Position numbers and translations under genes: made by a program. This document shows positions 6,794 to 15,384 of a stretch of DNA of 32,000 nt, piece by piece. Origin of the DNA: Balneolaceae bacterium (GTDB lineage Bacteria > Bacteroidota > Rhodothermia > Balneolales > Balneolaceae). The stretch lies in the NCBI GenBank assembly GCA_040877545.1, contig JBBDNN010000081.1, positions 1-32,000 on the forward strand. Reading direction: 5' to 3'. Every line of letters begins with the position of its first letter. The stretch's first letter is position 1. The notes under the pieces are model-generated. The model worked only from the letters and a program-made list of their open reading frames with translations, made no database searches and was not told the DNA's origin.

Positions 6794-8515
6794 TTGAAAA
6801 CTGCCTTAAACTCTTCTTCCGACGATAAACAAAGCAGATTTGAGCTGCGAACACTGCTCGAAACCAGCCGTCTCCTTATAGAATCTCAGGACCCGGATTT
6901 TGTACTAAACAACCTGCTCCTGATTACCATGGGTAAGTTGTTAGTGCCAAAAGGAATGATCCTGATTAAAAAAACTTCCAGTGATTTCTATTTCGTTTCC
7001 AAGGTAAAAGGCAGGGCATCTTATAAAGAAGAAGATCTTTTAAATCTGGATTTTTCAGATGAGTCATTAAATCAGTCTTTACTCAAGTTGACTGAACATC
7101 CTGAAATTGCTAAAAAGCTGGAGCTTTCTAAAGAAAGCGTGTTATTTAACCTGCGCACTACCAATCACCACCTGGGGTTTTTATGCCTGGGCGAAAAAGG
7201 CAATAAACAGCCGCTTAGCCCCCGGGAACTTGAGTTTGTTGAAAGCCTGTCTATCATTTCTTCGGTAGCTATCGCAAATTCCCGGATGTTCCAGGAACTG
7301 CGGCACATTAACCGCCGGCTCGACCGCAAAGTCCATGATTTGCATACTTTACTCGAACTCAGTAAGGATTTCAACCTGATGGTAGACCGGGAGGAAATTG
7401 CCCGTGTATTTAAATTTGCCATGCTCGGACAAATGCTGATCCGAAAATTCTTTTTTGTGCTTGATGTGGATGCTGAAAAATCTGTAGTGGCCAGCAGCGG
7501 TATTAAAGCCCTTCCTTCTAAAGACGATATGAATACGCTTTTTGAAATGGAAGATGTGACCCATTGTGAGAAAAATAATGAGTGTGATTTCCTGAATAAC
7601 AATGATATAAAACTGGTAATTGCCCTCCGTTTTCAAAACGAAAAAGTGGGCGTGGTTGGTGTGGGTGCCCCAGCTAATAAAGAAGAATATGGAAATGATG
7701 AGGTTAATTTCCTGCAATCACTGGGTAATCTGGCATTGCTTACCATCCAAAAAACATTGTTGCTGGAAGAACGAATTGAAAAGCAGCGGATGGAAGAAGA
7801 ACTGAATCTTGCCAAAGCCATTCAGCGGGGGCTGCTCCCCAGTCCGTTACCAGCTATTGCAGGTTTTGATATTGATGCGGTGAATATTTCCTCCCGGCAG
7901 GTTGGCGGCGATTATTTTGATATTGTACCCACACCGGACGGCGGAAGCATTCTTGCCATTGCTGATGTAACAGGAAAAGGCGTACCTGCCTCTCTGCTGA
8001 TGGCAAACCTCCAATCCATGTTACACGCGCTTGCCCCCATTGATGTAACCCTGAGCGAAGCTACAGGCAGCATAAACGATATCATTCACAAAAACACCCC
8101 TGCTGATAAATTCATCACGTTTTTTTGGGGGAAAATTTCAAATGATGGAAAAAAATTTAAGTATGTAAATGCCGGTCATAATCCCCCGCTTCTATTTCGG
8201 GAAGGAAAAGAAGAGCCTGTTCTGCTTAGTGAGGGTGGGGTTATTTTGGGAGCAATGGAAACTATGATGCCCTACGAATCTTCTGAGATCGCTTTCAAAA
8301 AAGGAGATCTGATCGTGTTTTACACAGATGGGGTAACCGAAGCAATGAATCCCGCACAAACCGAAGAATACGAGGAAGAAAGGCTGATTGAATGCCTAAA
8401 AAAAAATCGGGATAAAAGCTCAAGCGATATCATGCAGGCTGTTATTGATGATATTAATGCCTTCTCGAACTTTGTGCAATATGATGATATTACAATGATC
8501 GTGTTGAAGTATTGA
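6794..8515 (+). CDS. GAF-domain-containing PP2C (SpoIIE/RsbU-type) protein phosphatase
   Basis: The C-terminal 240 aa carry AIQRGLLP, GGDYFD, IADVTGKGV.ASLLM, GHNPP, FYTDGVTEA and DDIT, all PP2C/SpoIIE hallmarks. The N-terminal ~330 aa look like tandem GAF-like sensor domains. Putative TTG start 6 nt after the kinase stop. Confidence 0.85.
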   Translation: MKTALNSSSDDKQSRFELRTLLETSRLLIESQDPDFVLNNLLLITMGKLLVPKGMILIKKTSSDFYFVSKVKGRASYKEEDLLNLDFSDESLNQSLLKLTEHPEIAKKLELSKESVLFNLRTTNHHLGFLCLGEKGNKQPLSPRELEFVESLSIISSVAIANSRMFQELRHINRRLDRKVHDLHTLLELSKDFNLMVDREEIARVFKFAMLGQMLIRKFFFVLDVDAEKSVVASSGIKALPSKDDMNTLFEMEDVTHCEKNNECDFLNNNDIKLVIALRFQNEKVGVVGVGAPANKEEYGNDEVNFLQSLGNLALLTIQKTLLLEERIEKQRMEEELNLAKAIQRGLLPSPLPAIAGFDIDAVNISSRQVGGDYFDIVPTPDGGSILAIADVTGKGVPASLLMANLQSMLHALAPIDVTLSEATGSINDIIHKNTPADKFITFFWGKISNDGKKFKYVNAGHNPPLLFREGKEEPVLLSEGGVILGAMETMMPYESSEIAFKKGDLIVFYTDGVTEAMNPAQTEEYEEERLIECLKKNRDKSSSDIMQAVIDDINAFSNFVQYDDITMIVLKY

Positions 8516-8548
8516 GGTTCATCATAAAAACCCATCCTACATTCAATC

Positions 8549-10057
8549 TCACCTCAACGTCTGTAAGCCAAAAATTCCATGTGTAGCACTGGGTTTGGAC
8601 CTGGATAAGGCAAGAATAGACTGGTAGGTTTTATAGCGGTTCAGAATCTCATTCACATAGCGCACGGTTTCAATTCCCCGGCAAAATCCGTAGCGCGCAT
8701 TTTGATAGTATTTGCGCTGCATCAGCCGAAGTAAAGATTCAGAAACAGGTTCCCACTCGTTGGGATCATCGTTGTGGTCAATCGCCAGGCGGCGGGCATC
8801 AGCTAAATGTCCTGAACCGGCATTATAGGCTGCAAGGGCAAACGACCACTGATTGGTTGAATCCATATAGGAATAATGATTTAAATGTTCTGACAGTATT
8901 TTTGCTCCTTCCCGGATGTTTATTTCCGGAATTAATAACGAATCTGAGGAAATTTCGGAAAATCGCGGCAGTACCTGCATCACCCCAACAGCACCGGCCC
9001 AGCTAACCGATGAAGGGTTAAATTTAGATTCCTGAGCAGCTACAGAAGAAAGCATCACCCAATCAAGATCATGCTCATTGGCTACTGTTTGAATTAAATG
9101 ATCGAAGGGAGAAATTATACCAAATTGATCTTGTTCTCCCTGGTAAGGATTAAAATAATTGGCAATTTGGGTTCCCCCCTCAAAATATTTTTTCCGCAGC
9201 ACATTCAGGAATGCAGATCTTTTGGGCGCTCCGTTTTCACTGAACCGGAAATGCTGGTACAGAAATTTATTCATCTGATTTTTAAGGTCAGGAGCATTTT
9301 TACGAACAGCCCAGGCAATGGTATCCCTTTCAGCAATAAGCGGGCCTTTTACCAGTCCTGACATATACTTGCTGCCTGCTTCAAAAATATTATTATCTGC
9401 CACAGTAGCCTTATAGGTGCCATCAGAAACCTGGAACAATACCGATTCAGTATCCATGTCTTCCGGTACCACGTTGATAGTAACAGGGAAGCCTTCCTCC
9501 TGCAGCTCTTTTAAACGGACATAGTAGGAACTATTTCGCCGCACCGTTATCGGGAGATCTTTAAGCTCGGTAATGCTTTTAGGTTCATAACCAAGATCAT
9601 CAGCTACCACTATTAGTTGATCCACCATGTTATATGGACGGGAGAAATCAACGATTTTCCTGCGTTCGGGAGTGATAGTATAGCTGGCGGCAATAACATC
9701 GCCCTTTCCGCTGTTTAGAAGGTCATAAGGGCTTTCTTCAGGGCCTGCTATTATAACTTCCAAAGCCAAATCATTTTCTTTAGTGAATTCTTTGATGAGC
9801 TCGTACTCGAAACCGACCTGAATTCCTTTGTGTAGAAAGTAAGACCCAGAGCTATAACTGGTTATCATTCTCAAAACGCCGGTTTCTTTTATCTGTGCTA
9901 AATCTTTTTGTACAGGCTCAGTAACAGATACAGAGAAAGCATCTGGATATTCCCTGGGGGGCTCTTGTGTGGGTGAGCAGCTTAATAACAGAAGAATGCT
10001 GCAACCGCCCAAAACCAACAATTTTGATGAGCAGATAATCTTATTCTTTAATAACAT
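8549..10057 (-). CDS. mltF: Membrane-bound lytic murein transglycosylase F-like lipoprotein (solute-binding-protein-like domain plus SLT domain)
   Basis: Lipobox LLLSC. An N-terminal type-3 SBP-like domain (GFEYEL...F, DVIAASYTIT.ER) is followed by a C-terminal SLT catalytic motif (AQESKFNP...S.AGAVGVMQ, AYNAG.GH). Confidence 0.8.
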   Translation of the reverse strand: MLLKNKIICSSKLLVLGGCSILLLLSCSPTQEPPREYPDAFSVSVTEPVQKDLAQIKETGVLRMITSYSSGSYFLHKGIQVGFEYELIKEFTKENDLALEVIIAGPEESPYDLLNSGKGDVIAASYTITPERRKIVDFSRPYNMVDQLIVVADDLGYEPKSITELKDLPITVRRNSSYYVRLKELQEEGFPVTINVVPEDMDTESVLFQVSDGTYKATVADNNIFEAGSKYMSGLVKGPLIAERDTIAWAVRKNAPDLKNQMNKFLYQHFRFSENGAPKRSAFLNVLRKKYFEGGTQIANYFNPYQGEQDQFGIISPFDHLIQTVANEHDLDWVMLSSVAAQESKFNPSSVSWAGAVGVMQVLPRFSEISSDSLLIPEINIREGAKILSEHLNHYSYMDSTNQWSFALAAYNAGSGHLADARRLAIDHNDDPNEWEPVSESLLRLMQRKYYQNARYGFCRGIETVRYVNEILNRYKTYQSILALSRSKPSATHGIFGLQTLR

Positions 10058-10268
10058 TCTTTACGTCTTAGTCAAAATGGGTGAATCCCAGAATTATTTT
10101 ATTTGTCTGTCACAACAAATGATACGCCTATATAATGGAAATCACTCCTCTATTAGGAATTTATAATCTGGTGTTCACCTCTAACACGAATTTTTATTTA
10201 AAGATTCAGATGCTCCTCTGATTCTTTAATTGAGGAGATTGGGTACTTTTAAGCCCACGGCAAAATAT

Positions 10269-11234
10269 TTATTTATTCTGCGGCACTCGATGGTTAATTT
10301 TTTTCATCCAACTGAGTGCAACCCCAACCATAATGATAATAATGGCCACAAAGGAAAACGCAACAGGCCATTCACCAAAAAAGAAAAATGCTAAAATGGT
10401 CGCAAATATTGGCTCACCTAAAATCAAAGTAGATAACAGCGTTGGGGATATATATTTAATTGCATAGTTAAAGGCACCATGCCCCATTAACTGCGGCCCA
10501 ACGGCGAGTCCTAACCCAGCCAGCAGTACGGCAAACGGAATTTCTCCGGGAATGCCTTCAACAATAAATAAGATGATAAGGCTGGTTAGGGCAGCATATC
10601 CGTAAACTGGAAAAACATATCCCAGCCATGATCGATTTTGGCGCACCCGCCGGCCAATTAAAAAGTAGATCACAAAAATCACGGCCGCAGAAAAAGCCAT
10701 TGCATTTCCAAGCAATGGATTTGCCATTTCTGAATCTATATTAGAATCGGAATATCCGAGTAAGGCAGAACCGGCAAAGGCAATCAAAACCCCAATCCAA
10801 ACCGTGGGGGGAAATTTAACTTTGTACATGGTCCGCTCTGCTATTACCAGCATAATCGGATGAATGGTTACCAAAATGGAAGCCGATGCCACAGAAGTAA
10901 AATATAAAGAGCCTATCCATAAAAGGAAATGGAGGCCCAAACAAAATCCTGCAAGAAACACCCACAGGCTGTCTTTTGAAACTGCTGCTACGGAGTATTT
11001 TTTACTTTTTCGCTGGTAAAAATAAACAGGTATTAAAAACAGAAAAGCACTTGCCGTTCTGATGGTAGTAATAAGCAGCGCCGAGTGATTGGTGACAAAC
11101 TTTACAATGATGGGAGCAAAGCCAAAAGAGAGAAGGCCTAATGCCAGCAGGCTATATACTTTAACTTTGGAATATTCCGGTGTCACATTTTCTCCATTAC
11201 CGGATTCGATCCATAGAACGCACAAGTTCGTCAT
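10269..11234 (-). CDS. DMT-superfamily (EamA) transporter
   Basis: About 10 hydrophobic helices forming two EamA-like halves. The ATG at 11234 overlaps the upstream gene by 38 nt. An in-frame GTG at 11186, preceded by GGAG at 5-nt spacing, would remove the overlap, so the start is uncertain. Confidence 0.75.
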   Translation of the reverse strand: MTNLCVLWIESGNGENVTPEYSKVKVYSLLALGLLSFGFAPIIVKFVTNHSALLITTIRTASAFLFLIPVYFYQRKSKKYSVAAVSKDSLWVFLAGFCLGLHFLLWIGSLYFTSVASASILVTIHPIMLVIAERTMYKVKFPPTVWIGVLIAFAGSALLGYSDSNIDSEMANPLLGNAMAFSAAVIFVIYFLIGRRVRQNRSWLGYVFPVYGYAALTSLIILFIVEGIPGEIPFAVLLAGLGLAVGPQLMGHGAFNYAIKYISPTLLSTLILGEPIFATILAFFFFGEWPVAFSFVAIIIIMVGVALSWMKKINHRVPQNK

Positions 11235-11604
11235 CTTTCTTTATGAATCGCAAAGCCAATACCTGGAAAATAAGTGCTAAAACCACCAAGGCTGTTCCGA
11301 GGGTTTCATCCCATAAATAGGTTCCAATTCCACCTAATGAAAATAGAACACCCACACAAAATCCTAAAGCAATTATTTGAAATAATGCTGCTCTTTTCAC
11401 CCATACAATTTGATTTTGACGATCAGCATAAAGAAATATCGAGATCACGCTAAGCGCCATACCAATTAACAACGAAATTGCTAAACCCAGGCCAATCCAA
11501 AGGTGGGGATCGTTCAAGGCTTTTTCATAGATGGGCGTAAAATATACGGTGAGATTCAGCAAGGCGGCTATTACTAAAAAAACAGTCTGTATACGTTGTA
11601 TCAC
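11197..11604 (-). CDS. DUF4293-family small membrane protein
   Basis: 135 aa with 4 TM helices. The N-terminal MIQRIQTVFL is characteristic of DUF4293 in the FCB group, as I recall it. Confidence 0.6.
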   Translation of the reverse strand: MIQRIQTVFLVIAALLNLTVYFTPIYEKALNDPHLWIGLGLAISLLIGMALSVISIFLYADRQNQIVWVKRAALFQIIALGFCVGVLFSLGGIGTYLWDETLGTALVVLALIFQVLALRFIKKDDELVRSMDRIR

Positions 11605-11789
11605 TTGAGTTATGGCTTTTCTTTATGAAATGAAAATTAGTGTGGGAAGATAGAAGTTTGTCAACAAAGTTGAGAACAGATTTCATTCATAATTTCCGCG
11701 AGCGATTCCGGGGTTTGTTTTTCCCACTCTTCCCTCCGCTCAAGAAATTAGAAGGAAAACGCGCAGGCACATAAAATTCGAACCCTGGA

Positions 11790-11854
11790 TAACTTTTCCA
11801 AAGTTACACCCGAATGTTGAGGAGACATGAACTGCATTAATTTTGGAAAAGTTA
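11790..11854. repeat. Perfect 13-bp inverted repeat downstream of the RND gene
   Basis: taacttttccaaa (11790-11802) and tttggaaaagtta (11842-11854) are separated by a 39-nt spacer. No U-run follows on the minus-strand transcript. Confidence 0.5.
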
Positions 11855-11878
11855 AATTCTACCCACCATTTGCTACAC

Positions 11879-14800
11879 CTAAACGCCAGCGGGTTCATCA
11901 AAGGGTTTGGGTTTTTGAACACCATTTAGTTCGCTTTGGTCTTTAATAATTCCTGGTTCTGTTGTGCCGAACATGATGGTATTCAGACTTCTTCTGCTTC
12001 GTTCAATTACACTATATAGCACCGGAACCAGTATAAGAGTAAGTGCAGTTGCAAAAATTAAACCGACTATTACAGCAATAGCCATAGGCCCCCACCAGGC
12101 GGCTTGTTCGCCTCCCCAGTAAATATATTCACTGAGGCTTGAGAAGAACTCAACCGGGTTATTAACCAGCACTATAAAGTCAAAGTTAAAGCCGATTGCC
12201 AATGGAACCAATCCAAGTGTGGTGGTGATAGCGGTGAGAATTACGGGACGGAAACGAATTTTACCTCCCTGAATTAAAGCAGAACGCAAATCCATTTTAT
12301 CACGGGTTCGCAGGATATCGACATAATCGATCAGAACTATGGCATTATTAACTACAACTCCGGCAAGTGAGATGATGCCGAGTATGGCCATCAAGCCCAG
12401 TGGCATCTGAAAGACTACCAATCCATAAAAAACTCCGGCCGTAGACATTATAACCGAGCTGAGAATAATAACCGGTTTGGCAATGGAGTTAAATTGTGAC
12501 ACCAGTATAAAAGCAATCAAAAATAAAGCAATGAGAAATGCTTTAAACAGGAAGTCGAAGGATTCTTCCTGATCTTGCTGCTGCCCGGTCCAACTGTACG
12601 AATAGCCCGCAGGCATTTCATTTAAATAAGGTAAAAGCAGATCCTGGGCTTCTTCTAACACCGCATTTGATTGATAGGAAGATCGTACATCAGCACTTAT
12701 GGTTATCACTCTTTCCGATTCTTTGTGACGAATACCGCCAAAACCATCACCCACTTCCCAGGTTGCTATCTCAGAAAGCGGAATTTGAGTGCCTTCATGG
12801 AAAATTGTTAAATCTGCGAGGGTACTTAAATCATCTCTATATTCTTCAGAAAGACGAACTATGATATCATATTCTTCCTTACCGTCTCTGAATTTTGATG
12901 CTTCCACACCATTTATAGCCTGGCGGATAGTCATTCCCACTTCATTGGTGGATAGTTCATATAACGCCGCTTTTTCCCGGTCAACATCAACCTTAACCTC
13001 CGGTCGCGATTCCGGAAGATCGCTTTCCAGGCCATCCATTTTTGCGTAAATGGAATCGGCTTCTAACCTCCTGAGAATATCATTGGAAATTCTTGTCAAC
13101 TCAGACATTTGCGGCCCGGAAACCTCCAGGTTAATGGGAGGGCCTGTGGGCGGTCCATCTTGTGGTTTTTCAACGGTAATTTTAGCACCGGCTGCAATTC
13201 CAGTTAATTCATTTCGCATATATTCCATGGCTTCAAAAACATCGCCTTCTCTTTCTTCATAATCTTTGAAGTTAATAGCGATGGTTCCCAGGTGCGTTGA
13301 GTTCCCGCCCATACTCCCCGGCCCGCTGGAAATACTTGCCCCTGATGTCGCCAGAATAGTATTTACATCGTCCATGTAGGAAATTTGTACCACCCGGGCC
13401 AACACTTTATCAACCACGCTTTTGGTGAATTCTACATCGGAACCAACGGGAGTTTCAACCTGAACGTATACATCTCTTGGGGGAATATTTTCCGGAAAGA
13501 ATTCTGAGCCGGGGAAAAAGTTAACCAGCGTCACAATACTCAGCACCAATACGATCACAGAAATACCCATGGTAGATTTCCTGTGGTTTAAGGCCCAATT
13601 GAGTGAATCCTCATATTTGACTAAAACCTTGTTCAGACCATTATGCTGCCACCAGGTGCCAATCGGATGTAAAGCATATTTATTGGTTAGCCACAGGATT
13701 GCGAATAGAATTAGCAACATGGTCCACGAAACGAAACTAATCAACAGGCAAACCGCGAAAAAGAAACCACAAAGGCCATACAGGATATATTTTCCTTTAC
13801 GGGTCATTACAGCTTTGCCTTCATCACTGTCCAGCCGCATAAAAAGAGCACAAATTACCGGGTTGATAATCAAACCTATAAACAAGGAACTGCCTAAAGT
13901 GATAATCAGTGTTTTGGGAAGGTAGCCCATAAATTCACCGACAATTCCGGGCCAGAATAACATGGGTGAAAAAGCGGCAATGGTTGTTGCAGTACCTGTT
14001 ATAATAGGAACGGCAACTTCAGCGGTTCCTTTCTTTGCCGCTTCAAAATTATCATATCCTTCTTCAAGGTACCTGTAGATATTTTCCACCACTACAATGG
14101 CATTATCAACCAACATTCCCAATGCGAGAATCAGGGAAAACAACACAATCATATTCATTGTGATGCCAAGGCCGCTCAAAACTATAAAAGACAAAAACAT
14201 TGACAGGGGAATGGAAATCCCAACAAAAGATGCATTTCGAACCCCGAGGAAAAACAGCAATACGCCAACCACCAGTATCAGTCCGGCAATAATATTATTC
14301 TCCAGGTTGGCTACCATGCTATTAACATCTTTGCTTTGATCGTTGGTGATCTTATAGGTAGTTGTAGGCGGCAGGTTTGGTAATTCTCGCTCCAGGATAG
14401 CTTTCACACCGGCCGAAGTTTCCAGGATATTCATTCCTGTTCGTTTTTTGACGCCAAGCGTAATCACAGGCGAGTCATCGAGTGTGGAATATGTCTCGCG
14501 TTTTTGATATCCAAAAGTGACTGTGGCAACATCACGGATATAAATAGGACTCGAATTTTCAGCCGTTATTACAATATCCTCGATAGGGGCCGTAGTTTGA
14601 TATTGCCCGGGAACACGCAGCAGGAAGTTCTTGGATCCCACGGTAATATCTCCGCCGGGAACAGTGACATTTTCCAGGCTGATGGCACTTATGATATCTC
14701 CAAAGCTGATATTATAATACTTGAGTTTAGGAAGATCCACATCAACCTGCACCTCACGCTCCAGTCCCCCTGTCAGGTCCACTCCTAATACCGAAGGAAC

Positions 14801-15367
14801 CCCCTCAATTTCTTCCTGAAGATCTTCAGCAATTTCCTTTAAAAGATCGAGGTTGTAATCTCCTGAAAGATTAACCTGCATAATGGGAAATTCAGACAGG
14901 TTAATTTCCTGAACCGTCGGATCTTCGGCATCTTCAGGAAGTTCCGGTTTGGCCAGATCAACTTTTTCACGCACTTTCTGCAAAGCCTCATCAATATCAA
15001 TTCCGGTATTAAACTCCATGTTTATGCTGGAATAACCTTCCGAGGAGGTTGATGTCATTTCTTTGACATCCGAAATATTGCGTAATTCATCCTCCAGCTT
15101 TCGTGTTATCAGGCTCTCCATATCCTCGGGCGAAACTCCAGGATAGATGGTGGTCACAAAAACATTGGGAACAGTGATATTAGGAAAAGACTCTTTAGGT
15201 ATGGTTATATAAGAAACTATGCCCAATACCGCTATCAATGCAATTAATACCAGTACACTTATTCTATTATCTATAGAAAATGAGGTAAGCCAAAATTCCT
15301 TGCGGCCTTCAGCTTTATCCGGCTTATCATTTACCGTTATCCCGTTTGAATTATTATCAGCACCCAT
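11879..15367 (-). CDS. RND efflux transporter permease (AcrB/HAE-like), unusually long at 1162 aa
   Basis: The RND architecture is canonical: TM1, a large periplasmic loop, the TM2-6 cluster with GMLVDNAIVVVENI, a second loop, and TM8-12 with GVVVNNAIVLIDY. Confidence 0.92.
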   Translation of the reverse strand: MGADNNSNGITVNDKPDKAEGRKEFWLTSFSIDNRISVLVLIALIAVLGIVSYITIPKESFPNITVPNVFVTTIYPGVSPEDMESLITRKLEDELRNISDVKEMTSTSSEGYSSINMEFNTGIDIDEALQKVREKVDLAKPELPEDAEDPTVQEINLSEFPIMQVNLSGDYNLDLLKEIAEDLQEEIEGVPSVLGVDLTGGLEREVQVDVDLPKLKYYNISFGDIISAISLENVTVPGGDITVGSKNFLLRVPGQYQTTAPIEDIVITAENSSPIYIRDVATVTFGYQKRETYSTLDDSPVITLGVKKRTGMNILETSAGVKAILERELPNLPPTTTYKITNDQSKDVNSMVANLENNIIAGLILVVGVLLFFLGVRNASFVGISIPLSMFLSFIVLSGLGITMNMIVLFSLILALGMLVDNAIVVVENIYRYLEEGYDNFEAAKKGTAEVAVPIITGTATTIAAFSPMLFWPGIVGEFMGYLPKTLIITLGSSLFIGLIINPVICALFMRLDSDEGKAVMTRKGKYILYGLCGFFFAVCLLISFVSWTMLLILFAILWLTNKYALHPIGTWWQHNGLNKVLVKYEDSLNWALNHRKSTMGISVIVLVLSIVTLVNFFPGSEFFPENIPPRDVYVQVETPVGSDVEFTKSVVDKVLARVVQISYMDDVNTILATSGASISSGPGSMGGNSTHLGTIAINFKDYEEREGDVFEAMEYMRNELTGIAAGAKITVEKPQDGPPTGPPINLEVSGPQMSELTRISNDILRRLEADSIYAKMDGLESDLPESRPEVKVDVDREKAALYELSTNEVGMTIRQAINGVEASKFRDGKEEYDIIVRLSEEYRDDLSTLADLTIFHEGTQIPLSEIATWEVGDGFGGIRHKESERVITISADVRSSYQSNAVLEEAQDLLLPYLNEMPAGYSYSWTGQQQDQEESFDFLFKAFLIALFLIAFILVSQFNSIAKPVIILSSVIMSTAGVFYGLVVFQMPLGLMAILGIISLAGVVVNNAIVLIDYVDILRTRDKMDLRSALIQGGKIRFRPVILTAITTTLGLVPLAIGFNFDFIVLVNNPVEFFSSLSEYIYWGGEQAAWWGPMAIAVIVGLIFATALTLILVPVLYSVIERSRRSLNTIMFGTTEPGIIKDQSELNGVQKPKPFDEPAGV

Positions 15368-15384
15368 TTAAATCTCCAAAGTTC

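Noticed and set aside
7165-7821. Minus-strand ORFs of 145, 122 and 62 aa inside the GAF-PP2C phosphatase gene.
   Set aside because: They are low-complexity (S/R/F-rich) antisense shadows of a well-supported gene. They have no start context or motifs.
8512-8557. A 7-bp inverted repeat, ttgaggt/acctcaa, spanning the convergent phosphatase and mltF stops.
   Set aside because: The stem is short, the loop is 32 nt and there is no T-tract on either side. That is too weak to call a bidirectional terminator.
11776-11788. A GGTTCGAAT (tRNA T-loop-like) motif on the minus strand in the gap between the RND gene and DUF4293.
   Set aside because: The flanking bases do not form a T-stem (CAGGG against TTTAT), and no acceptor, D or anticodon arms can be drawn. 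It is not a tRNA.
12667-14788. Several plus-strand ORFs of 65-118 aa inside the RND permease gene.
   Set aside because: They are antisense shadows within a 1162-aa ORF that has canonical RND motifs.
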